A stretch of 64,000 nucleotides of DNA. Source: Mobula hypostoma. Its lineage: Eukaryota. The position numbers and the translations under genes were made by a program. The notes beneath the pieces are model-generated. The model was given only the letters and a program-made list of their open reading frames with translations. It did not search any database and had not been told where the DNA came from. The DNA lies in assembly GCF_963921235.1 (NCBI RefSeq), contig NC_086097.1:122700001-122764000 (forward strand). Direction: 5' to 3'. Below, piece after piece: positions 12,501 to 25,850 of this stretch; the first letter of the stretch is position 1, and every line of letters starts with the position of its first letter.

Positions 12501-13148
12501 TAGAGCATTGGTTGAATGGCAGGAGGCAAAGAGTGGGAATAAAAGGATTCTTTTTGGAATGGCTACCAGTAACTAGGGGTCTATGTTGGAACTGCTTCTT
12601 TTTACATTGTATGTCAAAGAGTTGGATAGTGAAATCGAAGGCTTAGTGGCCAAGTTTGCAAACAATACGAAGATAGATGGAGGGACAGGTAGTGCTGAGG
12701 AAGCAGAGAGGCTGCAGAAGGACTTAGATGGATGAGGAGAATGAGCAGAGAGATGGCACGTAGAATAGTGTCAGGAAGTGTATTGTTATGCACTTTAGTA
12801 GAAGGAGTAAAAACATAGACTACTTTCTAAATGGGGAGAAAATTAAAAAAACAAGGTGCAAAGGGACTTGGGAGCCCTCGTGCAGGATTTCCTAACGGTT
12901 AATTTGCAGGTTGAATCAGCATTGAGGAAGGCAAATGCAATGTTAGCATTCATTTTGAGGACTAGAGTGTATAAGCAAATATATAATTCTGAAGCTGCAT
13001 GAGGCATTGGTGAGTCCTCACTTGGAGTATTGTGAGCAGGTTTGGGCCCCTTAACTAGGAAAGGATGTGCTGACATTGGAGAGGGTTCAGAAGAAATTCA
13101 CGAAAATGATTTTGAGAATAAAAGGCTTGTCATATAGGGAGCACTTGA
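9595..13148 (+). mobile_element. Degenerate CR1 LINE (ORF1 end plus most of ORF2)
   Basis: TILAGRFARTLVEGLN (ORF1 end), GVIYRSPN, GDFN, QHGFFKEKSCLTNLLE; many stops. Confidence 0.9.
9988..10869 (-). mobile_element. Solo LTR, 882 bp, 4-bp TSD (Gypsy/ERV-type)
   Basis: TGTTACG...CGTCACA termini. TATC is duplicated at 9984-9987 and 10870-10873. The CR1 sequence resumes exactly after it. Strand inferred from AATAAA on minus near 10071. Confidence 0.88.
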
Positions 13149-13714
13149 ACAATTAACCTCCTAACTCATACGTGTTCGGGCTGTAGGAGGAAACTGAAGC
13201 AACAGTCATCGTCCAGAAGGAAAACCTTACTGACAGTGGCGGGAAATGAACCCAAGTTACCGGTGCTGTAAAGTGTTATGTTAATCGCTTCGTTACTGTG
13301 CTTCCCAATGATTTCTATCATTTCCTGAATTTGCAGCATTTTCGATTTGGAACTAAAATCCACTCTATTTTGCAACTATAATTCTGTTCGTGGTGCTATC
13401 TTTATACAATGAGTCACTTTCTGTGGGCGAGAAATAGTTTTAAAGGCAGGATACAGTAACTGAACAAGGGAAACATGGAAATCGATCAGTTTTATTGTGA
13501 TAGCGATCAGCGATAGAAAAATTGCACCAGAATATGTAACCATGGAAAAACTTGTGAATTGTGCGATAGAAATAATGAATACACACCATAGCAAAGAGGT
13601 TCACTTTGTGACTCATCGATGTGTCACCTCAAGGAAATTACGTACTATCGATGGCAACGTGTAATAAAACACTGGCAGAGTCTTGACAATTGCAAGCTTC
13701 TGCTTTTGCCTATA

Positions 13715-14220
13715 AATACACAAGAGACTGCAGATGCTGGAAATCGAGAGTAGGACACATCAAATTCTGCAGGAGCTCAGGAGGTCAGGCAGCATCTATG
13801 GCGGGGAATGCATAGTTGACGTTTCAGGCCCAGAACCTTCATTAGGAATGGAAAGAAAAGGGAAAGAAGACAGAATAAGGAGGAGAGGGGAGGGGAAGGA
13901 GTACAAGCTAGAAGGTAATATGTGAAGCCAGGCGTGTGGGGGAGGGAAGAGGAAGTGAGAATCTGGAAGGTGGTATGTGGAAAAGGTAAAGAGTTGAAGA
14001 AAAAAGAAAGTGATAGGAGAAGAGAGAAGATAGGCAGAAAAGAGGAGGGGCACCAGAGGGAGGTGATAGGCAGATTAGGAGAAGAGGTAAGAGAGATGCT
14101 AGAGAGGGGATGGAAGAAGAGGGAGGTAAAATATTACCGGAAATTAGGGAAATCGATGTTCATACCATCAGATTAGAGGCTACCCAAACAGAATATGAGG
14201 TGGTGCTCCTCCAACCTAAC
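13715..14220 (-). mobile_element. Penelope-derived repeat with degenerate hammerhead (13813-13850)
   Basis: Reverse complement contains ggttggaggagcaccac...ggtagcctc (end of the GIY-YIG ORF), a pyrimidine tract and CCTAATGAAGGTTCTGGGCCTGAAACGTCAAC. Confidence 0.8.
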
Positions 14221-16589
14221 TGGCCATTCTGTTTGTTTCAAACTTCTCCAACTACATCCATTCTCCATCTACAACATGATTTGGTTGTTTCCTACCCATG
14301 AATATTACAGTATCACTTGGCCTTGCCTCAACTTGACTGTGACTTATGGATATAAACATAAAGTTGCCAAGAACAATTATGGTCAAAGACCATGATCACC
14401 CCATGTCATGTGGCACGGGACACAACGATGATGAGACGTAAACGGTTCAAGACCAGTTAGGAAAGTCTTCACCCATAGCATGCTGTGATCTTCACTTACT
14501 TTAGTTACAGATTCGGTTGTAGTTCATGTTGTGAAAGTTTACATGAAACTAGCGAACAATTAATTCCCAGTGGTAATATGACCTGAAAATTCAGTGCCTG
14601 CCCTATTTTTCAACATTATGTAACTGAATATGCTTTTCATAGTGTGAAACAAAGTATCCAGCATTTTCAGCTATTTTGCATTGCTCTGGGAATTCAACTG
14701 AATGAATGCCTTATGGTGTGAGGTACCTTTACACAACTGAGACGCCATCCAGGTTTAACACACGTTACTCCCCTTGCAATGATCCTTTTACAGAACCAAG
14801 AGAGTGCAGATGAGGAAACTGATAAGGAAAAAAGAATCTCCTCTCCACCCAACTGGTTCTATCTGCCCAATTTTACTCCCTTTATCTGTTTCCATCTATC
14901 ACCCACCAGCCTCTGTCTCAAAACTCTCCTCACCTGGCTCCAGCTGCGATTCATCCCACTCCTGACCTTGTTCCACCAGTCACCAACCAGCCCCTTGCCT
15001 CAGCCTTCCTTCACACCACTTTATGCTGGCCACTTCCCTCTGCACTCTCAGTACTGATGCGGGGTCTCAAGGCATAGCATCGGTCATCGCAATGCTGAAT
15101 GTCCCGCTGACTTCCTCCTGCCATTTGGATTTTGATCCGTTGGCAGGTAAGTTGATTGAAGATATTGTGATGAAAGTCATCAACCTGAAGTGTTTACTGT
15201 TTCTCACTCCAAGACTCGGGACTCAAGATTCAAATTTACTTATGACACGTACATTGAAACATATAGTGAAGTGCATCATTTGTGTCAACAACCAACATAC
15301 CCAAGGATGTGCTGGGGACAGTCTGCAAGACTGGCCACTTATTCTGGCGCCAGCATACCATGCCCACAAGGCTCAGCAGAACAACACAGAGGCAGACAAA
15401 AAAAATAGACTGTACCAAGCAACAAAACAACAACAGCAAAACAAGCCCTGCTCCTCCCACCCACTCACCCACAGTCCTCCCGCCCCAGCACAGGCTGTCT
15501 TTGGCCTCCAGCCTTCAGTGCACTTGGACTCAGGCTCCACAGACGTGGCCTGACCTGTTGAGTGTTTCCAGCATTTTCAGAGTTTATATTGAATGAAGGT
15601 GACCAAAGACCAACCATTTTCAGTCACTCCTGGGTCAAACAAAGTTCTTCTAACATAAAGTTTGGCATGGATCATGTGGAGTATGTCCTTCCCTTCCTTG
15701 CCCTGTTCTCTATATTGTACTGACCAACTCCCTAACTCTCCTACACAACTCATCAATCTTGAACCAGGATCTGGACCCTCAATCCCACATGCCCTTGCCC
15801 CACAGACCCTCCTGTTTTAACCCCATAAGGGACACAATCCTTTTCCTTCCACCACTCCTGCCCATTCACCATCACACTGCCACCAGCTGATCGGTCCAGG
15901 CTTCCAACCCATTGAGGGCCTCAGTCATCGGCACTCCACAGCCACACAAATCTGTCTCCCCTTCTATATGCAGTGTTGGATCCTGATGTTTTTGCGTTCC
16001 AGAGGTTGGACAAAGTCAAGCATGAGGTATAAAACTTGTTGTTTATGGCCATTTTATTGTGTCACACGAGAAAAGAAGAAGCATCGGGAGAACTAAAGAG
16101 AAGATCAGATTAAAACATAGTCATGGTCCTCCGATACTAGACCAGAGAGAGCAGAAATTCCATTGATAACAATAAACCGATAAGATAGCCAGATTCAACA
16201 TGCTTCTGAAACTAAAATGTTTCTAGAAAAACACAAAGACAACTGTACCATGATTACTGGAAATTCACTGAAAAATTATGTTTACAAGTGGTTACATAAA
16301 AATACAAGCAAGCATAGGAAAGTTAAACTATAAGGAAAATAACAATTATATACCTCCATTTCAGCACTACCCTGACCCCAGTGTTCAAGCCTTCTCGATC
16401 AGTTCTAGTTCTTCAAAGCTCTAATCCCTGAACCCCAGATCCTAATTGTTCTAATTTCCCCATTAAACAGCAGGCTTTCTAATTCCATCCCAATATCATG
16501 ACCAAATGTTCCAGATCAAACCGGCAGCTAAATGTCATTCTCTGTATACTTACCAAGGGGCCTATTCTTCAAAGCAGCCTCCAGAACTC

Positions 16590-17255
16590 CTTCTGCAGTG
16601 CAGGAGAATGAGGGGAGATCTCACAAAGGTATGCAAAATGATGCGGGTTATAGATAGGGTGCATGGTCACAGACTTATCCCACTCAGAATGAGTGAGTGT
16701 AGAGCTAGAAGTCAAAGGTTTAATGTGAAAGATTAAATATTTCAGAGGAACGTGAGGGGAAACTTCTTCACTCAGAGGGTGATGTGAGTGTGGAACAAGC
16801 TGACAGAGGAAGTGGAAGAGAAGATTGGGTAGGTACATGAATGAGGAGATCTAAGATTCCAATAAACCCCAAAGCAATTTGTATCTGATCACAGCATACC
16901 CTTAATGATGACATAACTGAATCAAGTTTAATATCACTGATATATGTCATGAAATATTTGTTTTACGTCAGCAGTACATGTCAACAGTACACAAAATATG
17001 CTATAAAATAAATAAGAAATATATGTATAAAATTAAATAAGTAGTACAGAAAGAGAGCAGAAATAGTAAGTCAGGGTTCATCAGTACATTGAACATCCGG
17101 AAATCTGAAGGCAGAGGAGAAGAAACAATTCTTAAAATGTTGAATGTGTGTCTTTGGGTTCCTGTACCTCCTCTATGATGGTATAATAAGAAGACGGCTT
17201 GTCCCAGATGGTGAGGGCCAATAATGATGGATGTCACCTTCTTGAGGCATTGACT
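16590..17255. mobile_element. CR1 3' fragment (+, ~16590-16860) and Rex/Babar 3' fragment (-, ~16910-17255)
   Basis: RRMRGDLTKVCKMMRVIDRV on plus; SQCLKKVTSIIIGPHHLGQA on minus. Confidence 0.7.
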
Positions 17256-18650
17256 CAACCTGTAAATGAATCTTTAGAGAATCTTTCACAAGGACTCACA
17301 AGTCCCTAAGCACCACTGATTTTTGAATTTCCTCCCCCCTTTAGAAAATATTTTATGATTTTACTCCTTCTACCAAAGTGCACGACACTTACATTTCCTA
17401 CACTATATTCCATCTGCCAGTTCTTTGGCCATTCTCCCAGTCCATCCGAGTCCTTTTGTAGACTCTCTGCTTCCTCAACACTACCTGCCCCTCCAACTAT
17501 GTTTGTATCGTTCACAAACCTGGCCACAAAGCCATCAATTCCATCATCCAAATCACTGACATATAATGTGAAAAGGACTGGTCCCAACACCGACCCCAGA
17601 AGAACATTACTTATCACTGGGAGCTAATGAGAGAAAGCCCCCTTTATTCTCACTCCTTGCCTCCTGCCGGTTTGCAAAGTTTCTACTCATGCTAGTATCT
17701 TTCCTGCCATATCATGGGCTCTTAACTTGTTACGGTCGAAAATCTAAGTAAACAGAATCCACTGACCATCCTTTGTCTATCTTGCATGTTATTTCCTCAA
17801 AGTATTCCAACAGATTTGACAGGCAAGATTTCCTCTTAAGAAAACTATGCTGACTTTGGCCCATTTTATCATGTGCCTCCAAGTACCCCAAAACCTCATC
17901 CTTAATAATGGACTCCAACATCTTTCCAACCACTGAAGTTAGACCAACTGGTCTATAATTTCTTTTCTTCTTCTTCCCTCCTTAAAGAATTTTCCGGTAT
18001 TTTGGAACCATTCTTGAAAGATCATTACTAATACCTCCATAATCTCTTCAGCTACTGTTTTGAAAACTTTATGGTGTACTCCATCTGGTCCAAGTGACTT
18101 ATCTACCTTCAGACCTTTCAGTTTCCCATGCATCTTTTCCTTAGTAATAGCAGCTACACTCACTTCTACCCCTTAACACTAATTTCTGGCATATTGATAG
18201 TGTCTTCCACAGCAAAGCCTGACTCAAAGTACTTGTCAAGTTCGTCTGCCATTTCTTTATCCCCCATTAATACCTCTCCAGTGTCATTTCCCAGCAGTCC
18301 AATATCTACTCTTGCCTCTCCTTTACTCCATATATATCTGAAAATCTTTTGCTATTCGCTTTTATATTATTGGCTAGCTTGCCTTCAGATTTCATATTTT
18401 TCTCTCCTCATGCTTTTTTTAGTTGGCTTCAGTTGATTTTTAAAAGCTTCCCAATTCTCTAACATCCCACTAATTTTTGCAATATAATATACACTCTTGT
18501 TGGCTTTTATACTGTCATTGACTTCCCTTGACAATCATGGTTGTGTTATCTTCCCTTTAGCTACTTCATCAGCTTTGAGATGTATCTATTGTGCGCCTTC
18601 CAAATTACTCCCAAAAACTCCAGCCATTGCTGTTCTGCCTTCATCCCTAA
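17255..18650 (-). mobile_element. Degenerate CR1 LINE ORF2 fragment
   Basis: LKGLKVDKSLGPDG, QHSFLKRKSCLSNLLE, GSVLGPVLFTLYVSDLDD. Confidence 0.9.
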
Positions 18651-18737
18651 CAGAGCTCTTCTTCGTAGATGTAGCTCATCAGCTTATTCACTAATGTGAT
18701 GATGTTTGAAGAACTGCTCATATTGTGCAACAGTCTA

Positions 18738-19330
18738 CGGTGGTATGCAAAAGTTTGGGCACCCCTGGTCAAAATTTCTGTTCCTGTGAATAGCTAAGCG
18801 AGTAAAAGATGACCTGATTTCCAAAAGGCATAAACTTAAAGACGACACATTTCTTTAATATTTTAGGAAAAATTACTTCTTTATTTCCACCTTTTACATT
18901 TTCAAAATAACAAAAAAGAAAAAGGGCCCGAAGCAAAAGTTTGGGCACCCTTCTTGGCAGTACTTAGTAACACCCCCTTTGGCAAAAATCACAGCTTGTA
19001 AATGCTCTTTGTAGACGGCTAAGAGTTTTTCAATTCTTGTTTGGGGGATTTTTGCCCATTCTTCCTTGCAAAAGGCTTCTAGTTCTGTGAGATTCTTGGG
19101 CTGTCTTGCATGCACTGCTCTTTTGAGGTCTATCCATAGATTCTGATGATGTTTAGGTCAGGGGACTGTGATGGTCATGGCAAAATCTTCAGCTTGCACC
19201 TCTTGAGGTAGTCCATTGTATATTTTGAGGTGTGTTTAGGTTCATTATCCTGTTGTAGAAGCCATCCTCTTTTCATCTTCGGCTTTTTTACAAATGGTGT
19301 GATGTTTGCTTCCAGAATTTGCTCCAACTT
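18738..19330 (-). mobile_element. Tc1-like DNA transposon, 3' part with IR/DR-type terminus
   Basis: TA followed by cggtggtatgcaaaagtttgggcaccc, with inner repeat aaaagtttgggcaccc at ~18935. Transposase motifs LLQQDNEPKHTS, PSQSPDLN, LEAFCKEEWAKIP, AKGGVTKY. Confidence 0.9.
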
Positions 19331-19715
19331 CTGGTAATTCTCTCCCCCTCTCTTCCCCCATCCCAGTTTCACTCTGCCCCTCCTCCAGCTGCCTATCACC
19401 TCCCTCATAGTTCTTCCTCCTTCTACTACCCTTTGTGCTTTTCCCTATTCCTTCTTTACCTTTTTGCCTATCCCCTCCTCCACCCCTTGATCTTTCCCCG
19501 TACTGGTTTTTCACCTGGCACCTACCAGCTTTCTCCTTCCCACCCTCCCCCCACCTTCTTTATAGGGCCCCTGCCCCCTCCCTCTTCAGTCCTGACGAAG
19601 GGTCTCGGCCCGAAATGTTGACTGTTTGTTTTCATGGATGCTGCCCGACCTGCTGAGTTCCTCCAGCGTGTTGTGCGTGTTGCTTTGACCCCAGCATCCG
19701 CAGAGTATTTTGTGT
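19325..19715 (+). mobile_element. Penelope-derived repeat with near-intact hammerhead motif (19587-19624)
   Basis: CAGTC-CTGACGA-A-GGGTCTCGGCCC-GAAA-TGTT-GACTG. Confidence 0.85.
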
Positions 19716-19724
19716 TTATAACTG

Positions 19725-20032
19725 TCAGATGTGTTTTGTTGTTCACACCATTCTCTGTAAACCCTAGAGAATGTCATGCATGAAAATTCTAGGAGATTAG
19801 TTTTTTCTGAGATACTCAAATCACTCCATCTGGCACCAACAATCCTTCCACAGTCAAAGTCACTTAAAACATATTTCCTCCCCATTCTGATGTTTGGTCT
19901 CAAAAACAGCTGAACCACTTGACCACATCTGCATGTTTTTATGTATTGAGTTGTTGCCATATGATTGGCTGATTAGATATTTGCATTAACAAGCAGATGT
20001 ACAGGTGTACCTAATAAAGTGGCCTCTGAGTG
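19725..20032 (-). mobile_element. Tc1-like element 5' end (TIR plus N-terminal HTH); related pieces at 38979-40370 and 49300-49520
   Basis: cactcagaggccactttattaggtacacc terminus; MGRKYVLSDFDCGRIVGARWSDLSISE...SRVYREW. Confidence 0.85.
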
Positions 20033-20889
20033 CATATTCTCAATCATGTTATCAACTGATCAGAGTTGAGGCTTAACAAGACAAATATTAACTTAGTTGC
20101 TTGAACTTTGCAGAACTAAATTGTGGAATTCCATTTGATATATGAATGAATGATTTGTTGATATGTGTACAGCCTAGAGCTCTCAGTGAAGGTTGGATGA
20201 TCTCGGACTAATGTGTTGAAGGGTGATAGGAGACATAACAGAGGTTTTCAAAATGATGAGAGGCCCTGATAAGGTAAACAGCCCGAATATTTTCCCCAGG
20301 GAGATTGTCAAACACCAAAGGACAAACTTGGTATGAATATGCAAATGCCACTTTCAATTTTAACAGGAAGTGATTATTCATGTTGATAGAAAATGGAATT
20401 TAAAAGTTGAATTTGATCTTAATGTAGTTAGTACATTAACCCTTTTCCCAATTCAGTCAGATTGCCACTCTCACTCTCCATCAGCACTTGATAGCGAGGT
20501 TCACCGGCTTCTGATAAAATTGCACTTTTATCATGGCGAGTGCATTGCAAAGTGCCTGATCAACTGTGGCAAGTCAAAACCTGAAACAGAGTTACATGGG
20601 GTGAATGACCAAAAACATTCCAGAGATAGATTTTAAGAAGGATGGGGAAGTAAACAGCCAGATGGTTAGGGAGCCAGTTCCATACGATAGAGCAATGGCA
20701 TTTGAAGGAATAATTATCAAGGTTACCTGAACTTGGAGAAGCAAAGACATCTTAGTCATTTGAGGAGGTTGAGGAGATTACAGAAATAAAGAGGAGAATG
20801 AAAACAAGGAAGACAAACTTGCTGAGGAGTCAATGTAAGTCAGCTACAACTCTATATTCCATGTTATATTTTTCTTTTAGATAACTCAC

Positions 20890-21618
20890 TAGAGCCCATT
20901 ATTAAGGATGATGTTCTGGGGACTCGGAGGCACATGATAAAATAGGCTGATACCAGCACGGTTCCCTTAAGGGGAAATTTTGCCTGAAAAATTTGTTGGA
21001 ATCCTTTGAGGAAATAACAGGCAAGATAGACAAAGGAGAGTCAATGGATATAATGCTAAGGCTTTATATAGCATTGGCCAGACTGCACTTGGAATATGTG
21101 AGCAGTTTTTTGTCCTCTGTCTAAGAAAATATGTGCTGGCATTTGAGAGGATCCAGTGGAGATTTACGAAAATGATCCTGAGAATTAAAGGATTAATGTA
21201 TGAGGATTGTTTGATAGCTCTGAGACAGTACTCACTGGTTTAGAAGAAAGAGGTGGGTATCTCATTAAAATCCATCAAATATTGAAATGTCTAGTTAGAG
21301 TGGACATAGGGAGGATATTTCCTATTGCGGGGGAGTGTAGGAACAGAGGGCACTGTCTCAGAGTACAAGTATGTCCTCTTAGAGCAGAGTGAGGAGCAAT
21401 GTCTTCAGCCAGAGTGTGGCAAATCTGTGAAATTATTACCATAGATGGCTGTGGAAATCAAGTTGTTGGGTAAATTGAAAGCCAAAGTTTCTTGATTAGT
21501 AAGGGTGTCATAGATTATAGAGGGAAGGCAGGAGAATGGGGTTGAGAGGAATAATAAATCAGCCATGACTGAAAGGCAGTGTAGAATTGATGGACCAAAT
21601 AGCCTGTGTCTTATGATC
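20890..21618 (+). mobile_element. Degenerate, internally deleted CR1 fragment
   Basis: QHG/CL..LLESFEEIT region followed directly by the ORF2 C-terminus and a gtcttatg tail. Confidence 0.75.
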
Positions 21619-21858
21619 TAACTCAATGTACTTATGTATGGAATTATCTGACTGGCTGGCACACAAATAAATGCTTTTGACTGCACCTTGAGTCATGTAA
21701 CAATAAATAAATCAATACTAATATCAGTCGTGTATCACAATGTTATGGAATAAATTATCTGCATTCTTCCCCTCTGCCATCCGATTCCTAAATAGACATT
21801 TTACCCATGAACACTACCTCACTTTCTTAATATTTATTATTTTTGTTTTTTGCATGAT

Positions 21859-23116
21859 TAGGTCAATGGCAGATGCAATCTCAATGGCTCTCCACACGGC
21901 TTTAGACCACCTAGACAACACAAACACCTACATCAGAATGCTGTTTCTTCGAATATACGTTTGTAGCTCAGCATTTAATACCATCATTCCCGCAATCCTG
22001 ATTGAGAAGCTGCAGAATCTGGGCCTCTGTGCCTCCCTCTGCAATTGGATCCTTGACTTCCTAAATGGAAGACCACAGTCTGTATGGATTGGTGATAACA
22101 TATCCTCCTTGCTGATGATCAACACTGGTGCACCTCAAGGGTATGTGCTTAGCCCACTGCTCTACACTCTGTATACACATGACTGTGTGGCTAGGCATAG
22201 CTCAAATACCATCTACAAATTTGCTGACAATACAACCATAGTAGGTAGAATCTCAGGTGGTGATGAGAGGGTGTACAGGAGTGAGATATGCCAACTAGTG
22301 GAATGATGCCGCAGCAACAACCTGGCACTCAACGTCAGTAAGACGAAAGAGCTGATTGTGGACTTCAGGAAGGGTAAGACGAAGGAACACATACCCATCC
22401 TCATAGAGGGATCAGAAGTGGAGAGAGTGAGCAGCTTCAAGTTCCTGGGTGTCAAGATCTCTGAGGATCTAATCTGGTCCCAACATTAAGAAGTAATCAT
22501 TAAGAAAGCAAGACAGCGGCTATACTTTATTAGGAGCTTGAAGAGATTTGGCATGTCAACAAATACACTCAAAATCTTCTATAGTTGTACTGTGGAGAGC
22601 ATTCTGACAGGCTGCATCACTGTTTGGTATGTGGGGGGGGGGCTACTGCATGGGACCGAAAGTAACTGCAGAAGGTTGTAAATCAAGTCAGCTCCATCTT
22701 GGGCACTAACCTACAAAGTACCCAGGACATCTTTAAGAATCAGTGTCTCAGAAAGGCAGCGTCCATTATTAAGGACCTCCAGCACCCAGGACATGTCCTT
22801 TTCTCACCGTTACCATCAGGTAGGAGGTACAGAAGCCTGAAGGCACACGCTCAGCGATTCAGGAACAGCTTCTTCCCCTCTGTCATCGGATTCCTGAATG
22901 GACATTGAAGCTTTGGACACTACCTCACTTTTTTAAGTATACAGTGTTTCTGTTTTTGCACATTTTTTAAAATCTATTCAATATACGTAATTGATTTACT
23001 TGTTTAGTTATTATTATTTTTTTTTTCTCTCTGCTAGATTGTGTATTGCATTGAACTGCTGCTGCTAAGTTAGTAAATTTCACGTCACATGCAGGTGATA
23101 ATAAACCTGATTCTGA
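21859..23116 (+). mobile_element. 5'-truncated Rex/Babar LINE nested in an older Rex tail (21760-23285)
   Basis: [62 protein letters not shown]; aataaacctgattctgatt tail. Confidence 0.9.
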
Positions 23117-24689
23117 TTTTTAATCTATTCAATATACATATACTGTAATTGATTTACTTACTTATTATTATTATTATATTTTATTTGTCTTTTCTTCTTC
23201 TATATTATGTATTGCATTGAACTGTTTCTAGGTTAACAATTCTCACAACACATGCTGGGGACAATAAACTGATTCTGATTCTGAATATATCCATCCTATA
23301 TTAACAGAGCGGTGTTAAGAACATTCCCACCTGTGTCATTTGATATGGATCTGAATCTGAACTTATTTATACAATACAATATAGAAGGAGGCCAATTGGC
23401 CCATCAAGTCAATACCAGCTCTCAGAGCAATCCTATCCCCCCACTACCTTCCTTCAGCTTATTCTCTCACATGCCTATTAAGACTGAACTCTCCTACCCC
23501 AACTTCACTATCAGCTCCTGAGCCTCTAACTTCGTTCATGCCTTTGGGTCAGACAGTTCATGGTTCCAAGCTGAACGCTAGCTGTGATTTCTGTAGTAAC
23601 ACCCTTGAAAGCTTGTCTTACCTTGTGGGGGCTGCTGTCCCCATTCCTATGGGTGTGATCTCCACAGAACCCTCCTCACTGGATCAAGCTAAGCAGACCT
23701 TCAGCAACTGTAACCATCTGTGAAGAAGCTGCTTTGCTCAATCCACCAAGCAGGCCCGGAGCAAGGACGACAATGGAGTGGTAGGATTACTGAGTCATGT
23801 TAGCACCAGTACAGGCTAGGCAGCTTGCAGCGCGGGAGTGACAAACCAGGCCTGCCGTGAGAAAAAACATGTGTACTGGGAGGCCCGCTAAAAAAGAGAA
23901 TGGTCTTCGGCATGCAGGAGGCCCAATCACTCACCACATGATCAATCAACCACATACACCCTTGTCACGTTCTCACAATCAATCCAATACGGCTTAAATC
24001 CAATGCAGGAAGTTCTTTGGACACCACACCCGCATGGTGAGGGGCAGGAAATGATGGTATTTTCAGCAGCATAAAAACATTCAGTGTGAACGCTAAAGCA
24101 CTACCGGAGATGTTTTCCCTGATTCTCTGTAACAGGCATCTACCCAGAACCTTTTGATTCAGAGAAAAAGCAGGCTTTGAGTCATGACTAGATGTCAGGT
24201 GGCAGAAATAGCATGGGTCCAAAGTACAAAGTAAATTTATTATTAAACCACATGTACTGTATGTCAACATATAAAACCTTGGGATTCATTTTCTTGCAAG
24301 TATTTACAGGAAAATAAAGAAAAATAATTGAATTCATGGAAAACGATAAATAACAAAGACTGACAAACAACCAGTGTGCAAAAGACGACAAATCCTGCAG
24401 CCCTGCATAATACAGGTTCCATCAGCCGAAAGGAGAATTGGATGTCCAATTAGACATTGATCTGAGATGGCAATTTTTCCATAAAGCCAGCAGTAGTTCT
24501 GACACTGGAACCAGAAATCCCCAGGATAGCCGCAATCCCTGGAAGGCAATGCCCAAATATGTTACCATCTCATTTAACTTTAATGCTGAGCCACATAGTG
24601 ACCAAACTGTGCTCTGTGGTGGGTGAAGATTAACACTCTAGTTAAGAACTTCACTCTCCCTGTAGTCTGCCTAGTAATCAGGGTCAAGT

Positions 24690-25195
24690 CCTATTTGAGT
24701 GGTGCCACGGTTCATCCTGTGCTGCTGCAAGACAGAGGATTCTCCGATCTACGGGTTGCTCCCAGGGATACATGCAGAGATGGACATCAAGAACTGCCGG
24801 CAGATCGTCAGCGAGGTGAAAGACACCCTTTGGTCTGCCAGCACGTTGAGATGACCATGGAGGAATGCTGCCAACCTGAACAATCCAGGCTGCAGGAATA
24901 AATGCTGAAGGACACACTGAAGCTTGGTGCAGGCTTCGTGGGGAAGGACCACAGTATGGCTCTTTTTCCACACTGGAGAGAGAGGGACTGGTCTGGGTGC
25001 GGAAGCCTCTCAATTATTGTAGTAGTTTATCACCCCAGAGCACCACATGAGCGGCGATAGTCCTATTGGTTTAGGAAATGTAATAAAACGCAATTTAATG
25101 CTTCAACTGAGAACGTAAGAATGAATAGGCACTGCGCAGCTTATTCTTGTAAATTTTTTTTACAACGAATAGAGTCTATTTTGATTTTAAAAAAT
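24690..25195 (+). mobile_element. Tx1-like (L1 clade) LINE 3' fragment
   Basis: TEDSPIYGLLPGIHAEMDIKNCRQIVSEVKDTLWSA...EECCQ...SRLQE*MLKDTLKLGA resembles Tx1 ORF2 C-termini; A-rich end near 25190. Confidence 0.65.
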
Positions 25196-25850
25196 GATGC
25201 TCCCCTTCCCAAAGCCCAGTTGATTTCAGGCACCTGCTCCACACAATGTTGGGTTCATTTCCCTGTGGCCCAGTCAAATACAGGTTTAGGGCCTAGCCAA
25301 TGTCAGAGTTAGTGCTTATCTGCTATTGGGCCCAGATCCTTGGTTCTGTCATCTAAGACGTGGTCACGTTTCATAGCCTGCTTTGTTTCTGTATCAGGAG
25401 TATCATGAACAAAGTGGATGAGCTTAGAGCGTGGATCAGTACTTGGAGCTATGATGTTGTGGCCATTACAGAGACTTGGATGGCTCAGGAGCAGGAATGG
25501 TTACGTAAAATGCCAAGCTTTAGATGTTTCAGAAAGGACAAGGGGAGAGGCAAAAGAGGTGGGGGCGTGGCACTGCTGATCAGAGATAGTGTCACGGCTG
25601 TAGAAAAGGAGGAAGTCATGGAGGGATTGTCTATTGAGACTCTGTGGGTGGAAGATAGGAACAGGAAGGGGTTAGTAACTCTACTGGGTGTTTTTTATAG
25701 ACCACTCAATAGTAACAGGGACATTGAGGAGCAGAAAGGGAGATAGATTCTGTAAAGGTGTAATAATAACAGGATTGTCGTTGTGGAAGATTTTAATTTC
25801 CCAAATATTGTTTGGTAAATCCTGAGAGCAAGGGATTTAGATGGAGTGGA

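Noticed and set aside
15974..16366. Possible solo LTR (TGTTGGA...TTCAGCA, AATAAA on minus)
   Set aside because: Termini are imperfect and no TSD was found.
23615..23725. Possible minus-strand exon (ttcacag acceptor to aag/gtaaga donor)
   Set aside because: All three frames contain stops. It could be untranslated, but nothing else supports it.
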